Shown piece after piece: positions 1-6,864 of a stretch of DNA of 32,000 bases (its first letter is position 1; every line of letters begins with the position of its first letter). The DNA lies in NCBI RefSeq assembly GCF_001017655.1, contig NZ_CP010904.1, positions 1,410,001 through 1,442,000 on the forward strand, written 5' to 3'. Position numbers and translations under genes: made by a program. The notes under the pieces are model-generated. The model was not told the origin of the DNA and did not search any database. It worked only from the letters and a program-made list of their open reading frames with translations. The DNA is from Kiritimatiella glycovorans (GTDB lineage Bacteria; Verrucomicrobiota; Kiritimatiellia; Kiritimatiellales; Kiritimatiellaceae).

Positions 1-2090
1 TGCTGCACGTAGTAGGGTGCGATGCGAAACAGCATCAGCGTGCAGCACGGCGGGAAGTGACTCGGCGAATACTTGTATTTGTCGTGGGTGTGGTGCGGCA
101 CGGTATTGATCGAGAGGCGGTTATCCGGGGTCAGATAACTGTGCGCCGTGCCGTCGGGCAGGCGGGCACCATGGGCGGCATTGAAAAACGCCGTCTCGGC
201 GCGGTCGGCGTATGCCGGATCACCGGTCTTTTCGGCTGCGTAGAGCAGAGAAATCATAAGCTCGGTCGTGGTGCAGAACTCATACGCGAAGTCGGATCGC
301 GCGTGGCGCCCGCCGATATCCTCATCGCCGCAGAGGCTGCCGCTGACCGAGCCATGGCGCTCCAGTTTGCGCAACGCGGCGTCGAAGGCGTCGCGGTAGA
401 CGGGATCGCCGGTCCAGTACCACGCCCAGAGAGGGAAACGGAGATGCTCGGCGGTATGCACGCCGTGTCCCTGAAAGTCGAGATCCTCGTCGAGCAGATG
501 ATGGACCTGCATATCGGTCCCGACCAACTGGGCGTTCGTCAGCGTATTGTAATCGTCGTAATAGAAGTGGCCGTAGTTGCGGTACACCTCCTCGCCCGTC
601 GCCTTCCAGAGCAGCTCCATGATTTCGCCGTAGAGCAGGCCGTGAGTAATCCCGGCGCGCCGTCCGTATTTCGGTATGGGCGAATAATAGCGATGTTCCG
701 GCGTGTAGGAGCGCATGGTGAGATTCGCCTCGCGCTCCACGGCACCGAGTACGTCCTCACGCCCGGTGGCCTGTGCGTAGGCGATCAGGCCCATGTTCAT
801 CCAGGCCTTGGTCGGCATTTCGCCGGAAAGGGCTCGCGCATACCTGCGACCCGGCGGATAGATGCCGAGATATCCGTCCTCGTCCTGCGTCTCAAGGATG
901 TGTTCGACCCACCGGTCGGCCTTGGCCCGCGCCGCCGTGTTATCGGAGAGATAAGCCATGCGGACCCGTGCATCGGTCCAGTATCCCTCGTGCGCGCCGT
1001 CCCAGTAGACCCCGTAGTGGCCCTGCTTTTCCGGGTTATCCCCGCGCGTGCCGAAAGCGTCGTTCTGTACCGTCCAGCTCAATTGATCAAACCAGGCGAA
1101 CGCCCCCTGCTCCACATCGCGATTGATCTGGGCTCTCAGCCAGCCGGAGGGCTGTACAGCGCCGAAGGGCAGCGCCCGAAAACGGGGCTCGGGCGGCGGG
1201 GTTTGTGGCGCGTAGGCCTCGTAGACCTGGAGATCGAACTCCGCGGGCGCGGACGACTTCGCCGAAGCTGTCGCGCGAAACGTGGCTTCCTCATCCTGAG
1301 GCTCACCCTCCATCAGGTTGAACTGATCACGCACGCCGTTGGACCAGCGCACTTCGTCTATCGCACCATTGAACGCACCGATGTTGGCAAAGCCGCCGAT
1401 GCCGATCTGACCCCGCCCGTCTGCATGGAGTCCCCGAATGCGCGGCGCGCGCACGGGGGAGCCGAGCGGCGAACCGGCGCGGGAGGGGATGTAGTCACGG
1501 CGCCGGGCGGGATCGGCGAAGAAGCGCACCTCGCCCTCGTGGTACGTCACGGCCAGGTGGACCCATCCCTGCCCGGCCAGGTCCAGGTGCGGCGAACGCA
1601 CCACGTGGTATACCCCTTCAGGCTCTTTCATGAACCCCAGTTGAAGCTCGCCCTCCCGGCCGTTGTAGATGAACTGTACCAGCGAGTCCCGGATCTCGTT
1701 CGGGCCGCCACCGTCGTCGATCCGCACCAGGCCCTGCAATCCCGGTCTCGGCCGATCAAGCCGTACCCAGGCTTCGATCGTGAACGAGGTGGTATCGAAT
1801 TCTTTGAGATTCGCCGTTTCGCCGCCGCGCTCAATCCTGCGGTCTCCTCCCGTGATGAGTGCGGAACCCAGGCCCGGAGGTCCTTCGGTCAAAATATCTC
1901 CGCCTTCGGGTATCAGAAGGTGGTTGGCCGCCGGGGAGCTATCCTGCAGTTCGCGACCCTCTACGGCATCGAAGTGGTACAGCGCCGCGGTCCTCTCATC
2001 CATCGCGTACGGAGTCACCGCCGCTCGCAAGGGGGTAATCATGGGCAGCAGCGAAAGCATGATTACCACAGGAACATATAATTGGCTCAT
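1..2090 (-). CDS. Secreted LamG-domain + GH127-like (DUF1680) glycoside hydrolase; C-terminus lies beyond the window start
   Basis: The frame is open to base 1, so this gene is absent from the supplied track; I translated the reverse strand by hand. ATG at 2090-2088 is preceded by GGAGAGAG. N-terminus MSQLYVPVVIMLSLLPMITPLRAAV looks like a signal peptide. A LamG_3-type pattern follows (FDTTSFTIEAWVRLD, WVHLAVTYHEGEVRFF, FNGAIDEVRWSN). The C-terminal part has DUF1680/GH127 hallmarks: YEFCTTTEL (E-x-C, codons 281-273) and FPPCCTLMLFR (Cys-Cys, codons 47-42). The 674-aa + ORF 57..2081 is its antisense shadow. Confidence 0.8.
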   Translation of the reverse strand, partial: MSQLYVPVVIMLSLLPMITPLRAAVTPYAMDERTAALYHFDAVEGRELQDSSPAANHLLIPEGGDILTEGPPGLGSALITGGDRRIERGGETANLKEFDTTSFTIEAWVRLDRPRPGLQGLVRIDDGGGPNEIRDSLVQFIYNGREGELQLGFMKEPEGVYHVVRSPHLDLAGQGWVHLAVTYHEGEVRFFADPARRRDYIPSRAGSPLGSPVRAPRIRGLHADGRGQIGIGGFANIGAFNGAIDEVRWSNGVRDQFNLMEGEPQDEEATFRATASAKSSAPAEFDLQVYEAYAPQTPPPEPRFRALPFGAVQPSGWLRAQINRDVEQGAFAWFDQLSWTVQNDAFGTRGDNPEKQGHYGVYWDGAHEGYWTDARVRMAYLSDNTAARAKADRWVEHILETQDEDGYLGIYPPGRRYARALSGEMPTKAWMNMGLIAYAQATGREDVLGAVEREANLTMRSYTPEHRYYSPIPKYGRRAGITHGLLYGEIMELLWKATGEEVYRNYGHFYYDDYNTLTNAQLVGTDMQVHHLLDEDLDFQGHGVHTAEHLRFPLWAWYWTGDPVYRDAFDAALRKLERHGSVSGSLCGDEDIGGRHARSDFAYEFCTTTELMISLLYAAEKTGDPAYADRAETAFFNAAHGARLPDGTAHSYLTPDNRLSINTVPHHTHDKYKYSPSHFPPCCTLMLFRIAPYYVQ

Positions 2091-2251
2091 GTGCTCTCTC
2101 CTCATAAAAATCCGAAAGATGTTTGAGCCTAGTCCGTATTAATCACGCTGACGTTCAACCGGGGCTCCAGACTATATCATACATTTTATTGAGTCGCGCC
2201 CACGCTGCCGGGTATGGTTGCACGGTGAAATCCCGCGATCCCCACACCCGG

Positions 2252-3166
2252 ATGATGCGTGAGGCGGAAGGCCGGCTGCCCTATGTGGAACAGCCTTCCT
2301 GTTCCGGCTGGCGTCAGACTTATGCCGGAGACGACACGCAGTGTCCGTTCATCCCCCATCTGGGGCGGGTTCGTTACGGCGTCGCGCTGACCGAATTGCC
2401 GCATCATATTCATAAAGACTGTTTCGAACTCGCGGGCATTATTTCGGGCCACCTGCACTGGGAACTCGGCGGACGGGAATATGTGCTGCACCCCGGCGAC
2501 TGTTTTCTCACCCTGCCCGGCGAAGTGCACGGAGGGTGCCGATCGGTCATGGAGCCGGGGGAACTCTTTTTTGTTCAGATCGACGCGATTCGAGCGGGGC
2601 GCGACGAGGAGATGCGCAAGCTGCTCGACCGGCTCTTTGAATTCGAGGCGCGTAAGTTTCCGGGATGCACTCAAATCGTGGCCTTACTCGAACGGATGAT
2701 GCATGTCTGCGAACATCCTAAATGGCATGCCCGTCTGTTGCAGCGCAGCCGCCTCACGCTATTGCTTGCCGAAACGATCGAATGCGCCGGTCGTTCCGAT
2801 GACCGGCCCGCCCTGACACCACCGGTACACCGGGCGCTCCGTTACCTCGACGAGCACCTCTGCGAAGGGGTCGTCGTGGCGGATCTCCGTCATGCCTCGC
2901 GATTGAGCCGGAGCGAGTTCTTCCGCCGATTCAAGCTCGAGACGGGCGAGCGGCCTCATGAGATGCTTCTGCGCCGAAAACTCGAGCTGGCGTGTGACCA
3001 CTTGACGGGGACGGCGTGGCGAATCACCGATATCGCGCATGAGCTCGGGTTCTCCAGCAGCCAGTACTTCGCCACGGTCTTCAAAAAGTATACCGGCACG
3101 ACGCCAAGGCGCTATCGGGCCGAGCTGAAGGGCCACAAAGGGGCACAGGGGGGAGGCAGTGGATGA
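2252..3166 (+). CDS. AraC/XylS-family transcriptional regulator (cupin sensor + HTH)
   Basis: C-terminal AraC-type double HTH (LRYLDEHLCEGVVVADLRHASRLSRSEFFRRFK ... ITDIAHELGFSSSQYFATVFKKYTGTTPRRYR). N-terminal cupin-like module (HIHKDCFELAGIISGHLHWELGGREYVLHPGDCFLTLPGEVHGG). The ORF is open from 2123; ATG-ATG at 2252 gives the usual length of about 300 aa. The start is uncertain (2123-2255) and there is no clear SD. Divergent from the gene at 1-2090 and convergent with 3173-5581 (6-nt gap). Confidence 0.85.
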   Translation: MMREAEGRLPYVEQPSCSGWRQTYAGDDTQCPFIPHLGRVRYGVALTELPHHIHKDCFELAGIISGHLHWELGGREYVLHPGDCFLTLPGEVHGGCRSVMEPGELFFVQIDAIRAGRDEEMRKLLDRLFEFEARKFPGCTQIVALLERMMHVCEHPKWHARLLQRSRLTLLLAETIECAGRSDDRPALTPPVHRALRYLDEHLCEGVVVADLRHASRLSRSEFFRRFKLETGERPHEMLLRRKLELACDHLTGTAWRITDIAHELGFSSSQYFATVFKKYTGTTPRRYRAELKGHKGAQGGGSG

Positions 3167-3172
3167 GAATCC

Positions 3173-5581
3173 TCATTCGCGCAACAACGCGGCCCCGGCC
3201 CAATTGGCAAAATCGAACCGGATATCCCCCAGTGCATCGACCTCGAGCGTGAGCGTCTTCGCGTCTTCGAGGGGGACATCGACGGAGATCGGTTCGGTGC
3301 CGGGCGTTACCGGGCCGGAGTCGTAGACGGTCGCTTCGTCCCGCTTCACGGAAAAACGAACCTTCGCCGGCTTATCGCGCATTTCATCGTCTATGCCTAC
3401 GGTCGCCGCGAAACGCGCATAGCCCGCGAGTTCATCTTCGAGCTGAAATACGATTCGGCTGGGCGCATGGGTTCCAATCCCGTGTTCGTATCCTACCCCG
3501 CCCATACGCAGTGGACGCCCCCCGATATTCCGCCCGTCACGCATATCGGCGATCGAGCGCTTCGGCCAGCCCTGCGTGGCCCCGGTCGCCTGTGACGCGC
3601 TGAGATAACGACGCCCGTCTTCGCCGATCCAATTCACGTCCGCTTCATCAGGATTTGTGAACGGCTTCGGCTCCGGGGGCAGAGTCGACTCCCATCGATC
3701 GAGATCGACGTCACGGTACAACTCGTCCTCTGTCGCGGCGGACGGATCACTCAGCGGGAAATAGGTCTCCTCTCCTCCCTCTTCCGGGAAGTCATTAAAG
3801 ACGACCTCGACCTCCTGACCGTCGGGCATCGTCCCGCGAACCCGCACCGCCTGTCCTCCCCGTTCGGCCGTCAGGCCGGTCGGTTCCATGGCCCGCATCG
3901 AGGAAGGATCCATGGTGATGGAAGAGAGCGCCACGCCCTCCAGGCCGGGGTTGTGTTCACGCGACACGCAGAACACCTGCGGCCCCCGCATGAGCGCCGC
4001 GCGTCCGTCGTAGTGAAGTTTCCCGCTCACCCAGCGCCATGTCATCGGCAGGGAGAGAAGAACCGTATCGCCCTTCTTCCATCGACGCGTAATCGCGACC
4101 CTGCCCTGCTCCACCCGGGACTCCATCCTTCGACCGTTCACCGTCAATTCGTGACGGTCCGCCCATTGCGGGATGCGCAGACGAAGCGTGAACGTCTTCG
4201 GACGAAGAGGCGCTACCGTCAAGGCAACCGTTCCCTTCCGCGGATATGGGGTCTCCTGTTTCACGACGACGGGAAGTCCTCCGAGCTCGGCCTTCAATTC
4301 CGAAGGCATATAGAGGTTTACTGCGATGGCATCTTCCCCGGTGAAGTAGACCTGTTCCGGCAGCCGCGCCCAGAAGCGCCGGGTATTGCCTTCGCAACAG
4401 TGAGCGCCCTTGCGGTAGTTGCGCGCGCCGCTGAGCGGGGTGAAATAACGCGTACGACCATCGGTGGGATCGCTGTTTTGCGCGCCATACATGTGATTGA
4501 AAATCATTCGCTCCATCAGATCGCCATACCTCAGATCGCCCCGCAGTTCGATCAAACGCTGCAGCCACCAGATCTGATGGATCACCGCACATGCCTCGCC
4601 CACTGCTCCCCGGCCGTCCTGATCTTCGACCCAGCCCTCGGAGCGCCCGGTGGCGCCGGTGATAAACATCCCGGGTGCCTTGCGATGGACCATTTTCGCG
4701 AGCAGGTAATCGCTCATGAATTCGAGACCGGGATCGGGCTCTATCGCGTTCAGGGCGAGTTGATCTATACAGCGTGCAAAGAGGCGGTAGGTGTGGATCT
4801 TGCTCTCGAATCTGGCCGAAGCGTCGTCGCTGGAAGGCGCGCGCATGGGATAGATTCGCTGCCGCCAGTCGCGGATGGATTCCATGGCGATGAAGCGACC
4901 GTCGAACGGAGTATCGGCGAAGAACTCGAGATACTTTTCCCGGCCCGTGGTCCGGTACAGCTCGCGCGAAGCATCGGTGATCCCGATCGGCGAACAACGG
5001 CCCGGCCGGGTCGGCGCGCGATCCCATGAACCCATCACGAGATCGACAAACTTCTGCGCGGACTCGAGCGACGGCCCGGCGTCGAAACGGCGGAAGTGCT
5101 CGATCATCGCGAGGTCGATATAGGCCCCGTCGTGAAGGGTCCATCCATAAAAAAGCGGGGGGTGCTCCCCGTGCGGATAGATGCCGATATACCCGTCCGG
5201 ATCCTGCGAATCAATCAGCTGCCGGATATAGCCCGCCGTACGGGCTGCCGGACCGGGGTCCGCGTCGGAGGCCTCATACAGTACCCCCGCTTCGAGGGTC
5301 TTTCCAACCGCCGTATAGCCGCACAACAGGTTCTCCCTCACCCATTCCGCAGATCGACGGTCAAGATAGGGGCCCAAAAGATCGCGCTCGAAATCCAGGA
5401 ACCCTTCGAAATGGCGCAACCGCCCCGTCTGATAACGCCAGAGATACTTCTTCTGAATCTGTCGGCGACGCGACGGCTCGCCCGCCAGTTCCACCCGGGT
5501 CACGTCGACGTGTTCCAGCGCGAGCGCGGTTGCCGCACAGCCTGCCATCACCATGCCCATACACAGCCGCTTCATGATCAT
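3173..5581 (-). CDS. GH127-like (DUF1680) glycoside hydrolase with C-terminal NPCBM carbohydrate-binding module; probable lipoprotein
   Basis: 802-aa ORF. N-terminus MIMKRLCMGMVMAGCAATALA is a signal peptide with a lipobox-like MAGC. DUF1680/GH127 motifs are GEACAVIHQIWW (E-x-C, codons 4597-4589) and KGAHCCEGNTRRFWARLP (Cys-Cys codons 4399-4394, checked in the DNA as TGT TGC). The last ~150 aa match the NPCBM pattern (YEHGIGTHAPSRIVF, ATVGIDDE, VRFSVKRD, TLTLEVDALGD, DFANWAGAALL). SD GGAGGAG lies upstream of the ATG. Confidence 0.85.
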   Translation of the reverse strand: MIMKRLCMGMVMAGCAATALALEHVDVTRVELAGEPSRRRQIQKKYLWRYQTGRLRHFEGFLDFERDLLGPYLDRRSAEWVRENLLCGYTAVGKTLEAGVLYEASDADPGPAARTAGYIRQLIDSQDPDGYIGIYPHGEHPPLFYGWTLHDGAYIDLAMIEHFRRFDAGPSLESAQKFVDLVMGSWDRAPTRPGRCSPIGITDASRELYRTTGREKYLEFFADTPFDGRFIAMESIRDWRQRIYPMRAPSSDDASARFESKIHTYRLFARCIDQLALNAIEPDPGLEFMSDYLLAKMVHRKAPGMFITGATGRSEGWVEDQDGRGAVGEACAVIHQIWWLQRLIELRGDLRYGDLMERMIFNHMYGAQNSDPTDGRTRYFTPLSGARNYRKGAHCCEGNTRRFWARLPEQVYFTGEDAIAVNLYMPSELKAELGGLPVVVKQETPYPRKGTVALTVAPLRPKTFTLRLRIPQWADRHELTVNGRRMESRVEQGRVAITRRWKKGDTVLLSLPMTWRWVSGKLHYDGRAALMRGPQVFCVSREHNPGLEGVALSSITMDPSSMRAMEPTGLTAERGGQAVRVRGTMPDGQEVEVVFNDFPEEGGEETYFPLSDPSAATEDELYRDVDLDRWESTLPPEPKPFTNPDEADVNWIGEDGRRYLSASQATGATQGWPKRSIADMRDGRNIGGRPLRMGGVGYEHGIGTHAPSRIVFQLEDELAGYARFAATVGIDDEMRDKPAKVRFSVKRDEATVYDSGPVTPGTEPISVDVPLEDAKTLTLEVDALGDIRFDFANWAGAALLRE

Positions 5582-5621
5582 GCTCCTCCATTATCCAACC
5601 CCGTCCCGAGGCGCGGGCCAG

Positions 5622-5651
5622 GCCAGCGGTGGTCCCGATAGCGGAGCCAGT
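5622..5651. repeat. Inverted repeat (OrfA-distal end) of the IS remnant
   Basis: See the mobile element above. It pairs with 6051-6081 in inverted orientation. Confidence 0.7.
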
Positions 5652-5662
5652 TTTTTCGAGCT

Positions 5663-5991
5663 TTAAGTCAGCATCAGGTCTCCCGCTTCCTGCGAGTGTT
5701 CTGCCACAACTCCGGCGAGTTGTCCATAGCCTGCGGCCGTCGAGAATGGGTCCTTGAACTCGTCGGAGACGGTCGCAGTTCTTTTCCAGCCCGCGCTTTT
5801 CCTGATCCGGGCCTTCTTGCGCTCAAAGAGTTCGGCTGCGCCCTCTGTGAGCTCATTTTTCCATCGAGTGATTATCGTCGGATGCACGTTGTTTTCTGCC
5901 GCGATCTCCGCCACGGTCTTGATGCCGCGCAACGCCTCTATCGCGATACGCGCTTGAACTGCGCGCTGTGATTTCGTCTCGGCTTCTTCAT
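5663..5991 (-). pseudogene. IS3-family OrfA (HTH transposase subunit), frameshifted and C-terminally degenerate
   Basis: From ATG at 5991 the reading is MKKPRRNHSAQFK, then RVSR and a stop. Shifting one base at about 5953 restores the canonical ..QFK(A)RIAIEALRGIKTVAEIAAENNVHPTIITRWKNELTEGAAELFERKKA, the typical IS3/IS911-type OrfA. This is consistent with loss of one G. The track ORF 5663..5932 starts at an internal TTG. The tail after ERKKA does not resemble the usual leucine-zipper/frameshift region. Confidence 0.75.
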
Positions 5992-6050
5992 CGGCTCTCC
6001 TTTCGGTCTCCTTTGTACCGGGAGAGCCCGATGCTGTCTATCCGCCCCTC

Positions 6051-6081
6051 ACTGGCTCCGTTTTCCGGGACCACCGCTGGC
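6051..6081. repeat. Inverted repeat (OrfA-proximal end) of the IS remnant
   Basis: It lies 60 nt upstream (minus-strand sense) of the OrfA ATG at 5991, the usual IS geometry. Confidence 0.7.
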
Positions 6082-6102
6082 AACCTTTTACCGAAATAGG
6101 TA

Positions 6103-6131
6103 TTGTTATGACCCTATATAAAGACTAACTT
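6103..6131 (+). promoter_or_regulatory. Candidate sigma70-type promoter of the toxin-antitoxin operon, possibly giving a leaderless mRNA
   Basis: The stretch 6082-6137 is AT-rich. TTGTTA (6103-6108), a 17-nt spacer and TAACTT (6126-6131) place the predicted start about 7 nt downstream, at the antitoxin ATG (6138). No SD precedes that ATG. Pattern match only. Confidence 0.25.
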
Positions 6132-6137
6132 GACCTC

Positions 6138-6443
6138 ATGAAGGTTAAAGTCGGCGAACTGAAAGCTCATCTCTCCCGCTACCTCAGAGAACTGGAAGGG
6201 CAAGACGAACCGCTCGAAGTCTGCGTTCGAGAGCGGACGGTTGCGTACATGGTCCCTGCGGGCGGGGAAAATGAAGTGAAGGACGAGCGCCGCCGTCTGC
6301 ACGCCAGACTCAAGCAGGCGGGTCTCATTCTCAGCGAACACCCCTCTGACGGTGACTCCGATTTAAATCCGCCCGTGACCGCGGGAGACGGTCGTGAGGA
6401 CATCAATACCGTACAAAAGATGCGGGGGGCAAAGTCATGGTGA
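6138..6443 (+). CDS. Type II antitoxin, Phd/YefM-like N-terminus
   Basis: MKVKVGELKAHLSRYLRELEGQDEPLEVCVRERTVAYMVP is the prevent-host-death/YefM-type fold pattern, followed by an acidic, disordered-looking tail. Its stop TGA (6441-6443) overlaps the toxin ATG (6437) in the sequence ATGGTGA. Confidence 0.75.
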   Translation: MKVKVGELKAHLSRYLRELEGQDEPLEVCVRERTVAYMVPAGGENEVKDERRRLHARLKQAGLILSEHPSDGDSDLNPPVTAGDGREDINTVQKMRGAKSW

Positions 6444-6844
6444 GCCGCGTCTTTTTTGATACCAGCACGGTGGTCCCGCTATTGATTGCCGAGCCTTACT
6501 CAGAAGAAGCACTGTCCGTCTGGAAGAGAACGGAAGAGCGTTTTGCGTGGCGCTGGCTGAAGGTGGAGACCGAAGCCGCCCTCGCGCGACGCCGTGCGCC
6601 CATGGAGGCTTGGGAAAACTGGGGCCGCGCAGAGCGTGCATTATTCTGGATTGAACTACCGGACCATCAGCTGGAGGCCCTCTGCGCGTTCAATCGCTCC
6701 CTGCGACTCCGCGCGGCCGATGCGGCGCACCTTTTTGTCATGGAGCGGCTGGCCCGTGCAGTCCCGAATGTTAAGCTATTTACTTACGATCAGGAAATGC
6801 GCGAGTCCGCCCACGCGTTGAGCCTGTCTCAGATCAACGTCTGA
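6437..6844 (+). CDS. vapC: PIN-domain ribonuclease toxin (VapC-like)
   Basis: 135 aa with the PIN acidic residues in the expected order: FFDTS (D8), KVETEAAL (E45), LRAADAAHL (D94) and FTYDQEM (D117). It overlaps the upstream antitoxin by 7 nt. Confidence 0.75.
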   Translation: MVSRVFFDTSTVVPLLIAEPYSEEALSVWKRTEERFAWRWLKVETEAALARRRAPMEAWENWGRAERALFWIELPDHQLEALCAFNRSLRLRAADAAHLFVMERLARAVPNVKLFTYDQEMRESAHALSLSQINV

Positions 6845-6864
6845 GATCCTTCTTAAGCGCCGCA

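Larger units (their letters stand above)
5622..6081 (-). mobile_element. Internally deleted IS3-family-like insertion sequence remnant (460 bp) bounded by ~30-bp imperfect inverted repeats
   Basis: 5622-5651 gccagcggtggtcccgatagcggagccagt matches the reverse complement of 6051-6081 (gccagcggtggtcccggaaaacggagccagt): the outer 16 nt and inner 10 nt are identical, with a short mismatched core. The repeats enclose only a frameshifted OrfA-type transposase N-terminus and no OrfB/DDE region. No convincing target-site duplication is seen (flanks cag / aac). Confidence 0.7.

Noticed and set aside
57-2081. 674-aa plus-strand ORF, the longest in this region of the supplied track
   Set aside because: Its product is Arg/Gly/Val/Pro-rich nonsense with no motif. 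The opposite strand, translated by hand, gives a coherent signal peptide + LamG + GH127-like protein in one open frame running from 2090 off the window edge. Long antisense open frames are expected at this GC content.
2091-2251. Promoters or AraC-binding half-sites in the divergent region between the LamG-GH127 gene and the AraC gene
   Set aside because: Several -10-like hexamers are present (TATTAAT, TATGAT, TATATC), but none has a convincing -35 element at 16-18 nt spacing, and I could not find a clear direct-repeat pair. This is not supportable by eye.
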